Program-made: the position numbers and the translations under genes
From: an uncultured bacterium
Lineage (GTDB): Bacteria > Chlamydiota > Chlamydiia > Chlamydiales > FEN-1388
NCBI GenBank assembly: GCA_964409235.1
Contig: CAYPCN010000002.1
Location: 6,036 to 70,035, forward strand
Length of the DNA: 64,000 nt
Direction: 5' to 3'
Shown: positions 31,277 to 40,204 of the stretch, piece by piece
How positions within the stretch are numbered: position 1 is the first letter of the stretch
Layout of the letters: each line of letters opens with the position of its first letter
Notes under the pieces: generated by a model
Databases searched by the model: none
Seen by the model: only the letters and a program-made list of their open reading frames with translations
What the model was told of the DNA's origin: nothing

Positions 31277-32917
31277 TCAGGGGAGAGAAAAGGCCTCCTG
31301 CAGGGCATGGGTATCAGCGGGCATATGGTGGGCGAGAAAGGTCGTGTACAGCTCACCAACTAATTTAAAACATCGATCGAAGATGGGACGCGAAGAGAGC
31401 GGCGGAAGGTCGGGCCGCGCGTTTCGTACGCGTTCTTCGTCAGCACAAAGATACGAAGCAAGGGCCATCTGGTCTGTAGCCGACATCTCCTGGAAGAGCA
31501 GCAGAATCTCGAGAATCTGGGATTGCCACTCTTCTAATCCTCCAGCAGCTCTCCCTTCGACCTTCCTCCCATCAATATCCACTATATCAGCGATTTCCAT
31601 GTGATCGCTGCTCAACATCACAACGCGTTCGCGTCGTCTCAGCGGCGCTAGATGACAGTTGGGAAGGGTCCGAAGAATCCGGCCATTGCAAAGCCGCTCT
31701 TCCTGCACGGTAGCCGTCTCGCCATCCCTCAGAAGGACGTCAATATGCGCAAGTTGACGGCCATCGCGAAGAGCAAGATCCGTACGAGTCGCCTCTCTGT
31801 CCGCCAACAAAAGCTCTCGGTGTATCACTCGCAATGAGGTTGTGATCGTCCTCAGCGTAGCTCTGTGCATCACCGCCAGATAGGCTGTCGTCATATCCTC
31901 AACCTCATCTTTAGTGTAGAGGCGCTGCTGATGTACCGCCAGAGCCTCAGCACGCACACCGGCAATGAAACGGCGGTGAAATGCTTCGAGAATGGGGTGA
32001 GCGACCTGCACAGGGCGACCAAAGTCGCCCGCCAATGCTGCCACCACATCAGGTCTATTCATTACGTCATCCCCACGGTCTGCCACTACACGAGCCAGAT
32101 CGCCCTCTTCAATCTCATCCTCAGAATCGTCCACAAACTCAAAGAAATGGTGCTCCTGCGGCACCATCGCCACGTCGTCCTCATCATCAAAAGGCAGGCC
32201 CGCACCGCCTCTAAGAGCAGCCGCCATATCGCCCACAGGAGATGGCGTTGCTGGCACGCGGAGTACTGTATCGTCATGGCCGACAGAACGGCGAGGCTCC
32301 TCTATGTGGGGCAGTGCTGCGCGAGCCCTCTGTTGTACTTCGGCTATCGCTCTCAACCAGATGACCTTGAGGCCATCTGTTCCGGATCTGTCGGCCCCTG
32401 TATCATCGATCTGACGCATGGCCTGCATGACGATATTCCAACGATGTGTTTGATCCGCGCTAATGGCGTGGAACCATGTGCGAGGGCGGCCATTGCCCGT
32501 GGGGACAGCGCTAGAGTCTATTTGTACCTTATATATCAGACCGAGGAACAGCAAGAGGCGATGTACGCGCAGCAGGCCGAAGGTCAGCTCAGGAGTGATG
32601 ACGCCCTGTAAAGAACACAAGACCCGCAGCGCAAGAAGAGAAACCGCTAGAACAGCAGCAACACCTGTTCGAGCAACGGCCTCGGCAGACCATCGTCCAT
32701 GCATGAGGACGATCGCAATCTTCCCCGCGCGTTTCCACGAGCGCGCCACAACATCCATGGCGCCTTTGACAGTCGCCCCCAGGCTTGCCAGCCGAGCAAG
32801 CGCCAGATATCCAATGGCCTGGATCTTGGGCTGCACGCCCGGCGTACGAAACAACGATAGCGCCTCAGAACAGCACGTCGAAGCACCGGCATGCAACTCG
32901 TAGATGGACATAGTCAT
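31277..32917 (-). CDS. Inc-like membrane protein, paralog 1 (carries an acidic insertion)
   Basis: Bilobed hydrophobic region VAAVLAVSLLALRVLCSLQGVITPELTFGLLRVHRLLLFLGLIY. The N-terminus (MTMSIYELHAG) and C-terminus (RPDLPPLSSRPIFDRCFKLVGELYTTFLAHH) align with the neighbouring gene. The start at 32917 has GGAGA upstream; the track start at 33094 would overlap the upstream gene. Confidence 0.7.
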   Translation of the reverse strand: MTMSIYELHAGASTCCSEALSLFRTPGVQPKIQAIGYLALARLASLGATVKGAMDVVARSWKRAGKIAIVLMHGRWSAEAVARTGVAAVLAVSLLALRVLCSLQGVITPELTFGLLRVHRLLLFLGLIYKVQIDSSAVPTGNGRPRTWFHAISADQTHRWNIVMQAMRQIDDTGADRSGTDGLKVIWLRAIAEVQQRARAALPHIEEPRRSVGHDDTVLRVPATPSPVGDMAAALRGGAGLPFDDEDDVAMVPQEHHFFEFVDDSEDEIEEGDLARVVADRGDDVMNRPDVVAALAGDFGRPVQVAHPILEAFHRRFIAGVRAEALAVHQQRLYTKDEVEDMTTAYLAVMHRATLRTITTSLRVIHRELLLADREATRTDLALRDGRQLAHIDVLLRDGETATVQEERLCNGRILRTLPNCHLAPLRRRERVVMLSSDHMEIADIVDIDGRKVEGRAAGGLEEWQSQILEILLLFQEMSATDQMALASYLCADEERVRNARPDLPPLSSRPIFDRCFKLVGELYTTFLAHHMPADTHALQEAFSLP

Positions 32918-32933
32918 GGGGAGCTCTCCGATC

Positions 32934-34295
32934 TTAGATAGTAAATGCCGCTTGCAGCGCCCTCGTGTCCGAAGACAGATGGTGCGCCACAAATGCGGTG
33001 TAAAATTCAACGATGAGTTTGAAGCATCGGTTGATGACAGGATCGAGGGCCAGCGGTACAAGATCGGGACGCGCCGTTCGCATCCGTCCCTCATCCGAAC
33101 ACAGATGGCATAGCAGGGCGTCGCTCGTTGCCGGAGACATCCCGCGGACCAACAGGAGCAGCTCTATACAATGCTGTTTCCACGCCTCAAGTCCACCAGC
33201 AGACACCCCTTCAATGGCATGGCCGTCGGCGACGACTATATCATCGACACAGACCTTCTCACCAGCACGCAACATCCTGTGCTCAATAGTACGCGACTCG
33301 CCGATGGGAGCAACAGCTGTCTCCATTCTCATGACGTGGCCACCGGGCAGCAGCTCTTCTTTCACACAACACGGCGTCCCGTCATCTAAGAGGACTTCTC
33401 TGATCCTCACCCTCTTGTCCCCGCCAACATTCACGATCACCTCTGTCAGCTGGGGCTCTCGGAGGGTCAGCTCTCGTTCGCACAGCTGGAAGGTCTCGCA
33501 CACCGTTCGATAGGTAGCTCGATACAGTACGGCAAGGAAGGCGGTGGTCATATCCTCTACTTCATCTTGCGTGTAGAGACCTGCGTGGCAGACAGCGAGA
33601 GCCTCGCGATGGATGTTTGAGGTCAGCTTCGCTTGGAACACCTCGAGAATCGGATGCGGAACCTGAACAGCACGATTAAATTCTTCCACCACCAGGGCAA
33701 GTTCATCCGCCAGTGCCTGACCTTCTTCTGGCGCCCAGATGTCGTTATAGAATGTCAGTGTTGAAATCGTTCCATGCCGTGCTTCAACAGAATCAATTCG
33801 TCGCAGGACTCTGTCTACAATGTTCGTCCGCCATCGCAGCTCGTTGATACGAGAGGTCAGCATATCTAACGGAGGAGGCAGGATGCCAATTATGGGAAAT
33901 TGTGCTCGGTAGAGAAGCCCTAAGAACAGCAAAAACCGATGAACTCTCAAAACACCATATGTCAATTCTGGAGAAACGACTCCTGCCAAAGAACTGAAAA
34001 AGCGAAGGGCCATCACGGCTACACAAAGGGCTGTGGCAATCGCCATGCGCACGAATGAATTGCACGACAACCGCTCCGCAAAGGGGATGACTATAATTTT
34101 TATCACGCGCTTCAGAGATAAGAGAAAGACATCTGCAGTTGCCTTTGCACAGGCCGCCAAGCTACAGAGACGAGCGCCAACAAGACAGGCGATAGCTTCA
34201 AGCTTAGGGGGAACGCGTGGTGCTGTGATCGCCTCTTTTGCCTCCGTGCACATTTGCATACTGACAGCTTGCATCTCATACACGGCAATAGTCAT
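32934..34295 (-). CDS. Inc-like membrane protein, paralog 2
   Basis: IATALCVAVMALRFFSSLAGVVSPELTYGVLRVHRFLLFLGLLY, plus the C-terminus RPDLVPLALDPVINRCFKLIVEFYTAFVAHH. The ATG at 34295 is preceded by GGAGGG. Alternative starts at 34319 and 34325 lie inside the repeat TIR. Confidence 0.7.
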   Translation of the reverse strand: MTIAVYEMQAVSMQMCTEAKEAITAPRVPPKLEAIACLVGARLCSLAACAKATADVFLLSLKRVIKIIVIPFAERLSCNSFVRMAIATALCVAVMALRFFSSLAGVVSPELTYGVLRVHRFLLFLGLLYRAQFPIIGILPPPLDMLTSRINELRWRTNIVDRVLRRIDSVEARHGTISTLTFYNDIWAPEEGQALADELALVVEEFNRAVQVPHPILEVFQAKLTSNIHREALAVCHAGLYTQDEVEDMTTAFLAVLYRATYRTVCETFQLCERELTLREPQLTEVIVNVGGDKRVRIREVLLDDGTPCCVKEELLPGGHVMRMETAVAPIGESRTIEHRMLRAGEKVCVDDIVVADGHAIEGVSAGGLEAWKQHCIELLLLVRGMSPATSDALLCHLCSDEGRMRTARPDLVPLALDPVINRCFKLIVEFYTAFVAHHLSSDTRALQAAFTI

Positions 34296-34312
34296 CGCTT
34301 TCCCTCCAGCTA

Positions 34313-34447
34313 GAGCCATTTGCAATGCGCCTTTTGGAAGATGGAGTTGAATCTATCCAGAACTTCCTCACCCGTATGTCAGGGGTGAGGTAGCTCGATC
34401 CAAAAATCTCTCACCTCTCCTCTAAAAATCCGCATCGCAAATGGCTC
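34313..34447. repeat. Full-length TIR repeat element (about 135 bp)
   Basis: The left arm GAGCCATTTGCAATGCGCCTTTT and the right arm AAAAATCCGCATCGCAAATGGCTC are inverted. The interior (GAATCTATCCAGAACTTCCTCACCCGTATGTCAGGGG...GATCCAAAAATCTC) matches the reverse complement of 36704-36843. Confidence 0.75.
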
Positions 34448-34604
34448 GGATATTTCCTGCTCACACTGGATGATGAATACCAAACCAGTATAAAGGGCGG
34501 GTAAAGCATACAGACAGAGAACGCTTGGGTACGCCACAAGCCGATTGGCGCATGGCAGGCCCTCATGCTGGATCTCGCCTATTCAGTACGAAGACGGGGC
34601 GTAT

Positions 34605-36245
34605 CTACGCCGTGACCGCCTGTCTCTTCTGCTCAGACCGTACTTCCTGCTCTAGGCGGCCCACATCACACCCATCATAGTCCACAAACTGAAAAAACCG
34701 CTCAAAATGAGGGATGGCGTCGCATACGCTGCGCGCCATTTGCTGCGCCACAATCCGATAGCAGATATGGCCGGCGCTCTGTGATCGCAACTCAGTCAGC
34801 CATTGCAGCGCTCGCAGGTTGAGGGTCAAATACCAGCGAATGTTGTAGGCCATGGGAACGAGATACTGCGCCTCTTCAGGAAGTTCCGTAGAAATGATAT
34901 CGAACGCAGCTTTCGCACCCTCCATAGCAGCATGGTACTCTTTTTCCAGACCGCTTTCTACGAGCTCCTTGGGAGTAAAATAGCCATAATTGCACGTAAG
35001 GAGTTGTCGCTCCTGCGTCAGGACGCGATGGCGTTGCAAATCGCGATAGGCTCCAAAATCCGCAACTACTTCAAAGGTAAAGAACGCGTTTTCCAATGCT
35101 CTCGGAGACTTGTTACGCCGCATTTCACGATGCGCACAGGCAGCATCTAGAATCTTGCCCAGTTCTTCCTCAGGAAGCGCTCGGCAGTACTCTACAAGCG
35201 CAGCCATTCCAACATCGCAATCCTGATACAAGAGCGCAGCAGCGACCTTTACCACCGCCTCTGGATCATGAGCAAGAAGGCGGACGGAAGGCGAGGAGAG
35301 ATTCTTCTCGTCGTGCGGGACATTGGCCGCCAGTGCTTGAAGATCGGCGCGCATGGCCTCTTGGAATTGCGCGTACTGCACATGGGTTTTGTGGTGAGTC
35401 TCCGCCCTTCGAACAAAAGAGGGGATCACTTTCGCTAACTCCTCGTACGATGCCCGGCCGATCTCGCACAGCTCGGAGAGATTCTGGACCTGCAGCTTAT
35501 GCAAGAGCCCCTCATAAAAGCGGCCGTTGCCGAAAAGGCCAATATTCGTCAGCGTCGATGCTGGGAGCAGCCCTCTGACGCAATCCAAGACCTTCGCACG
35601 AATGGCAGCCGTATACGCATTGGTCGACACGTCGGGATCCTTTGGATAGCGTATCGTCATGAAGGTGGTCAGCGGTGGAATGAGCCGTGAATAGGTGTCA
35701 AACAGCATGTTACAGGTGTTGATATACAATGATTTCCATGCTGACGTCATGAGAACCGGTTCGCGATGGAACAGGTACTCGCCGTGCACCTTCTGATCAA
35801 AATAGATGTACCGTGTGGACTTTTCGAGCGGCGAACCACCAAGGCGACACTCTTCAATGGCCTTTGCTGCGATCATCGAGACATTTTCAATAGCTAAATG
35901 AGCGCCACCAAGCTCGCCTATGGAGTCATCGCCATACCCATCTAAAATGCGATCATAAAATTTTTGAGCCTTTTGTATCGCCGAAAGCTGTTCTTCAGGT
36001 CGCCTCTCACAGCCGACGTCTCTGGCATCTTCAAGGCCGGACTCCTCTTGATTGAAAAGGAACTCGCGTAAGAGCAGTGCCCGTAAGCCCAATGTCGATC
36101 TAGAATAGCGAGAGAAAAGCGCGCCTTTAACGACCTCGGGGAGATTGTAGAGAGCAAAGATAGGGCGTTTTGTATTGGTCACAAAATGGCCTAACAGCGC
36201 CTCCTGTTCAGGCGTGAACTCGTCAAACGATTGGGTCATACACAT
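34605..36245 (-). CDS. thyX: FAD-dependent thymidylate synthase ThyX (long, chlamydial-type)
   Basis: ThyX motif region YRDLQRHRVLTQ. The 546-aa length is comparable to Chlamydia ThyX, from memory about 530 aa. Confidence 0.75.
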   Translation of the reverse strand: MCMTQSFDEFTPEQEALLGHFVTNTKRPIFALYNLPEVVKGALFSRYSRSTLGLRALLLREFLFNQEESGLEDARDVGCERRPEEQLSAIQKAQKFYDRILDGYGDDSIGELGGAHLAIENVSMIAAKAIEECRLGGSPLEKSTRYIYFDQKVHGEYLFHREPVLMTSAWKSLYINTCNMLFDTYSRLIPPLTTFMTIRYPKDPDVSTNAYTAAIRAKVLDCVRGLLPASTLTNIGLFGNGRFYEGLLHKLQVQNLSELCEIGRASYEELAKVIPSFVRRAETHHKTHVQYAQFQEAMRADLQALAANVPHDEKNLSSPSVRLLAHDPEAVVKVAAALLYQDCDVGMAALVEYCRALPEEELGKILDAACAHREMRRNKSPRALENAFFTFEVVADFGAYRDLQRHRVLTQERQLLTCNYGYFTPKELVESGLEKEYHAAMEGAKAAFDIISTELPEEAQYLVPMAYNIRWYLTLNLRALQWLTELRSQSAGHICYRIVAQQMARSVCDAIPHFERFFQFVDYDGCDVGRLEQEVRSEQKRQAVTA

Positions 36246-36343
36246 CTTCCCCCGATAGGTACTAGCATTGTGGCGATGAGCGTTGAGAAGAAATTAATAG
36301 CCTTGCCAGCTCGGTGCGGGCAAGGTCCTTCAAGGACCGCAGA

Positions 36344-36354
36344 GCACATGGCTC
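36344..36354 (+). repeat. Truncated repeat core
   Basis: GCACATGGCTC, preceded by the hairpin GGTCCTT-CA-AGGACC (36325-36339). Confidence 0.4.
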
Positions 36355-36407
36355 AGTACCTATTGGTATATCAAGGAGCTGACCAATATCGCAAGAGTTG
36401 GAGACAC

Positions 36408-36490
36408 GAGCCATGTGCGATAAGCCTTTTGAAGGCTAGAGGAGGATCTTTTTGGCCGAATCTCCCTAAAAGGCCCATCGCACATGGCTC
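36408..36490. repeat. Minimal TIR repeat element (83 bp)
   Basis: GAGCCATGTGCGATAAGCCTTTT ... AAAAGGCCCATCGCACATGGCTC gives 23-nt arms with 21 of 23 positions complementary. The interior is GAAGGCTAGAGGAGGATCTTTTTGGCCGAATCTCCCT. Confidence 0.8.
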
Positions 36491-36574
36491 ACACTGTCAG
36501 GGGTTTCCGGAAATCCAGCAGCGAAAAACCGGGCTACACGCCTTATCACACAAACAAAGAAATCTCTCCGTGGA

Positions 36575-36647
36575 TGGAGCGTATCGGACTCGAACCGATC
36601 GCCTCAACAATGCCATTGTTGCGCTCTACCAGATGAGCTAACGCCCC
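36575..36647 (-). tRNA. tRNA-Ala (anticodon GGC)
   Basis: GGGGCGT-TA-GCTC-ATCTGGTA-GAGC-G-CAACA-ATGGCAT-TGTTG-AGGCG-ATCGG-TTCGAGT-CCGAT-ACGCTCC-A folds as a cloverleaf with the G3:U70 alanine identity pair. CCA is not encoded. Confidence 0.93.
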
Positions 36648-36703
36648 AGAGGTAGATTGATGGTAGGGAAGACCTCTCTTTTGTCTCAAGAGATTTTCTC
36701 CTC

Positions 36704-36843
36704 GAGCCATGTGCGATGTGGATTTTTAGAGCAGAAACGGGAGATATTTGGATCGATCTACTGTAAAAACCGACGAAGCCCCGTGTGCCCTGACATATGG
36801 GTGAAGAGGTTCGGGTAGATTCGTCCTACTCTATCCTCCAGCT
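36704..36843 (-). repeat. Repeat element (long form, with an insertion)
   Basis: Starts GAGCCATGTGCGATGTGGATTTTTAGAGCAG. Its reverse complement aligns module by module with 34336-34447. Confidence 0.7.
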
Positions 36844-36865
36844 CGCCTCCTATTGCGCCTCTCTG

Positions 36866-37873
36866 TCAAGGAGGCAACAAACCGACAGGGCGGGCCTGCG
36901 GAAAGCGCTGAAAAACGGCTGCTGCGTCTTTATTGAGGAACAGTAGCTTGAGATTCGGGCCAGCATCCATCGTACAATAGAGCTCTACCCCTTCTCTTCG
37001 AGCCTGCCATACGGCGTTCATAGCGGCCACGGTCTCCTCGCGCCAGTAGCAGATGGGTGGGGAAGCCGTCAACATGGAGGCGTGCATCATCAACGCATTG
37101 CGTTCGACCGTTTGCCCAAAATGCGAGAAATTCCGATCGTTGATGCTCTGCGTAATCGATGCGATATCCTTTGCGACCTGCTCTGGCCAGAGCGTATACA
37201 TCGGCGATGTTTCCACAGACCGACGCATCGCCTCGCGGGAGGAGATCGGCTTTTCGTCCGACGAGAGCATGAGAACAGCGAGGGTAAGCTCAGGCCACCA
37301 GCCCTCATACGGAATTGCATACGAATCACACCCATCTGCCAACACGCCCTTTTGCCATAGGACAAAGCCGGGGTAGAGAGAACGACACGCACTACCACTG
37401 CCAAGGCGGGCAAGGCAGGAAAGCGCTCGGCGGTCGCATCGCCAGCCGAAGAACTGGTTCAACGCCAGCGTGAGAGCAGCAAATCCTGACGCAGAAGATG
37501 CGAGTCCCGCAGCCGTAGGAATCGCATTGGTCGTCGACACAGAGAAGGCAAACGAAGGCGTTGGACGAAAGAGATCGAGGAACTGCACGCACCGCCGGTA
37601 AAAGGAAGAGTCGCGCGACATAGGTTGTGAGTTGGCGACCACCTCATCATGCGATAGAGCCTGGCGCACCGTTGTCGTCGTGTGAAGATCGAGAGCAACA
37701 GAGAAGCTGTCCGTCACGGGCAGGTGTAGCTCTTCGTCGCGTTTCCCCCAGTATTTTGCGAGAGCGATATTCACAGGGGCTGACGCTGTAGAGGCATCGA
37801 CAACAGGAGCCCATGATGGCGGGAGAAGACGGGCGGCCGCTTCTTGTTGGCGCGCTATGGAGGACATACGCAA
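36866..37873 (-). CDS. mvaD: Diphosphomevalonate decarboxylase
   Basis: APVNIALAKYWGKRD, AAGLASSASGFAAL and GSGSACRS are GHMP-type motifs typical of MVD. Confidence 0.88.
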   Translation of the reverse strand: MRMSSIARQQEAAARLLPPSWAPVVDASTASAPVNIALAKYWGKRDEELHLPVTDSFSVALDLHTTTTVRQALSHDEVVANSQPMSRDSSFYRRCVQFLDLFRPTPSFAFSVSTTNAIPTAAGLASSASGFAALTLALNQFFGWRCDRRALSCLARLGSGSACRSLYPGFVLWQKGVLADGCDSYAIPYEGWWPELTLAVLMLSSDEKPISSREAMRRSVETSPMYTLWPEQVAKDIASITQSINDRNFSHFGQTVERNALMMHASMLTASPPICYWREETVAAMNAVWQARREGVELYCTMDAGPNLKLLFLNKDAAAVFQRFPQARPVGLLPP

Positions 37874-38787
37874 ACCTCAACACCGGTTGTTGCTACCGCC
37901 GAAGGAAGCCGTTTGCCAATCCCTGCTTCAGGAAATGCCCCCAAGCCTACAACAGCATCGCCTAATCCAGAGCCCGAGATCTTGGCGCCGTAGATGGTAG
38001 GAGCGCTGCGCAGAGCCCAGCAAAGAGCTGACAGCTCGGGCGTCCCTACGCCAAGGGCTTCCATCAGGCCATGGGCATGATTCATCAGCCTCCCGACGGT
38101 AGTCTCATCGCGAGCCACCAGAGCATCAATGGCGGCAGAGGTGACGTCATTGAGCGCCGAAAAAAGCGCTTGATACACCTTTGGTTGCTGTTGTTCCCAT
38201 CTTCTGACACAACGGATGACCTCCGGCGTTGGCGTTTTTTTTCCCGAATAGAGGAAAACAAGTGGCAGTTCGGACAGGAGAGGGGAGACAGCGATTTCAT
38301 CAGCGCGATAGCTGATCACGCCGCCATAGATGCTTGCAGCAGCATCAGCGCCTGAGCCATACCCCTGCACATTCCGGATCACCGTACAGCAGTCACGAAG
38401 CAGGGCCTGGTTGTCGTACGAGCCTCGTATCCATGTCGTCAACGCTGCCATAAGTGCGACAGTAACCGCCGCCGACGAGGCCAACCCAACGGTGGGGTCA
38501 ATGGCTGAGGAAATAGCAACGTGCACTCCCGATGGCAATCGGCCGTTCAGCAGGCGGAAAACGCCCTCTACAAACCGCAGATTAGTACCGAGACAAGGGT
38601 TGTCGAGCGTTGCCGTGACAGTACCAAAGGCAGAGCAAACGTCGATCATGGTGTCGGAGCGAGGGGTGATGGTCACTGATAGGCGGCAGTCAATGGCCGC
38701 GGCAATGGCATGGCCTCCTCGAAGGACGGCATGCTCCCCGAAGAGCATGGCGCTGCCTGGGGCGCTAGCGACAATTGACTGTGGCAC
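37855..38787 (-). CDS. GHMP-family kinase, probable phosphomevalonate kinase (assignment against mevalonate kinase uncertain)
   Basis: [16 protein letters not shown] and the GHMP ATP motif [16 protein letters not shown] start overlapping the upstream gene by 23 nt. Confidence 0.7.
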   Translation of the reverse strand: MPQSIVASAPGSAMLFGEHAVLRGGHAIAAAIDCRLSVTITPRSDTMIDVCSAFGTVTATLDNPCLGTNLRFVEGVFRLLNGRLPSGVHVAISSAIDPTVGLASSAAVTVALMAALTTWIRGSYDNQALLRDCCTVIRNVQGYGSGADAAASIYGGVISYRADEIAVSPLLSELPLVFLYSGKKTPTPEVIRCVRRWEQQQPKVYQALFSALNDVTSAAIDALVARDETTVGRLMNHAHGLMEALGVGTPELSALCWALRSAPTIYGAKISGSGLGDAVVGLGAFPEAGIGKRLPSAVATTGVEVCVCPP

Positions 38788-39817
38788 CGGTCACATCCCC
38801 TTCTAATCGGAAACAAGAATACCCGTACCTCTCGCAGAGCGTCATCGGTGGAACGTCATCGGCGACGAGGACAATGCCTCCCGCCTCTCCTCGAACCGCG
38901 CCGGCACCGCAGATCTTGGCCGCTCCACCGTTCGCTTCGACAGCACGGATGAACGAGGCGACGCGCTGCGGCACAACGCCAATTTTCATGAGGAGATGGT
39001 GGTTGTGTGTAATAGCATCTCTCATGGCTTTGGCATTCTGCGCCTGCAGCGATTGCTGTACGTCGTTTGTCACAGCGCCAAATTCCTGCCAAATCGAACT
39101 GGTGGCGTAGTGGCGATTGACGTTGGCAACGCATTCGCCCGTCGTCGTCTGCGGACGGCCAGTATTGACGACCCACAATGAGGATGAGGGAATCTCGAGC
39201 TTTTCAGGCGTTCTCTCTTTCTGAAAGCGAAGGCATCCACCATGGAGGGACACATAGGAATCGACACCACTGGCTTTTCCATGCTGTAGACGTTCGACTT
39301 CTAAGATCTGGCGCTCGATCCACTCCGTGCCCTTCGTAATGCGGAAGAAATGGAGCAGGGCCTGAACAAAGCTGACCGCTGTGGCAGCCGAAGATCCCAT
39401 GCCGCAGCCAATGGGAATCGTGGAGTGGACTTTGATGTCCATGCCATGCTCCATCTCGATGGTGCAGGCATCGATGAAAGACATGAGCGCAAATTGAAAG
39501 ATATCGGCTGGAGTTTGGACGACACTGCGAATGGACAGCTCGCCATTCATGAATTGGTGGTACGCGTGCAGCAACTGATCGCGCACGGTCTTAAGGGTGG
39601 AAGCTGTGACGCGAAGCGTCTTCCGCACATTGCACAGGGTGAACAAGATTCCCAGCCCATCTTTAGCTGTAATCTCTGTCGTAGCAAATCGGGTGACGGC
39701 AAGAGCGATCGCCGGCTGACCATACACAACCGAATGCTCTCCCGAAATAATGACCTTTGCGGGTGCACGGGCTACAATAGCGCTCACATCCTCTCTCGTT
39801 TGATCCTTCAGAGTCAT
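38765..39817 (-). CDS. mvk: Mevalonate kinase (GHMP family)
   Basis: [35 protein letters not shown] and KICGAGA. The likely ATG at 39817 (MTLKDQ) lies inside a repeat-derived sequence; the track start at 39823 is TTG. Confidence 0.78.
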   Translation of the reverse strand: MTLKDQTREDVSAIVARAPAKVIISGEHSVVYGQPAIALAVTRFATTEITAKDGLGILFTLCNVRKTLRVTASTLKTVRDQLLHAYHQFMNGELSIRSVVQTPADIFQFALMSFIDACTIEMEHGMDIKVHSTIPIGCGMGSSAATAVSFVQALLHFFRITKGTEWIERQILEVERLQHGKASGVDSYVSLHGGCLRFQKERTPEKLEIPSSSLWVVNTGRPQTTTGECVANVNRHYATSSIWQEFGAVTNDVQQSLQAQNAKAMRDAITHNHHLLMKIGVVPQRVASFIRAVEANGGAAKICGAGAVRGEAGGIVLVADDVPPMTLCERYGYSCFRLEGDVTGATVNCR

Positions 39818-39915
39818 TTGCAACGTGGGTTTTTAGAGGAGAAGGGAAAGATTTTTGGTAGATTCGACCAAAAAGATCCTACGCTAGCCTCCAAAAGGCA
39901 CATCGCAAATGGCTC
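39811..39915. repeat. Repeat element whose left arm overlaps the mvk start codon
   Basis: GAGTCATTTGCAACGTGGGTTTTTAGAGGAGAAGGG...CCAAAAGGCACATCGCAAATGGCTC. The interior contains the hairpin GATTTTTGGTAGATTCGACCAAAAAGATC. Confidence 0.7.
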
Positions 39916-40056
39916 CCTTCAGTATACGTGTTTTAGGGCAATTGCGCCACAGGCAAACAACCGCGAGCAATAGTTCTCGGACATTCAATGGCTCTTCGAG
40001 GAAAGGTGTGGAGAGAAACGGAGTATTTTCGCTAGGATAGCAGTCTCTGTGTGTTC

Positions 40057-40129
40057 GCCTGAATAGCTCATTTGGTAGAGCGGCGCACTCGTAATGCGTA
40101 GGTGGTCGGTTCGATTCCGGCTTCAGGCA
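40057..40129 (+). tRNA. tRNA-Thr (anticodon CGU)
   Basis: GCCTGAA-TA-GCTC-ATTTGGTA-GAGC-G-GCGCA-CTCGTAA-TGCGT-AGGTG-GTCGG-TTCGATT-CCGGC-TTCAGGC-A folds as a cloverleaf. Confidence 0.93.
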
Positions 40130-40204
40130 TTAAAAGTCCCCGCCAGCCAGCAGTTCCTGAACCTCCCGCATCGAGAGGGGAATGCTGGCAATGGCTGTAA
40201 GACG

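Noticed and set aside
31865-32611. 248-aa plus-strand ORF, with similar plus-strand ORFs at 33013-33513 and 32463-32903
   Set aside because: They are antisense to the Inc-like paralogs. The minus-strand reading is supported by the paralog alignment, which conserves protein rather than the antisense frame.
39350-39973. 207-aa plus-strand ORF spanning the mvk 5' region and the repeat element
   Set aside because: It is antisense to a GHMP kinase with clear motifs and runs through a non-coding repeat copy.
36575-40129. Classical integrative genomic island at a tRNA gene
   Set aside because: I found no integrase, excisionase or direct repeat of a tRNA 3' end. The bracketing is by the dispersed repeat family instead. 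I therefore report only that the context is unusual, not that this is a mobile island.
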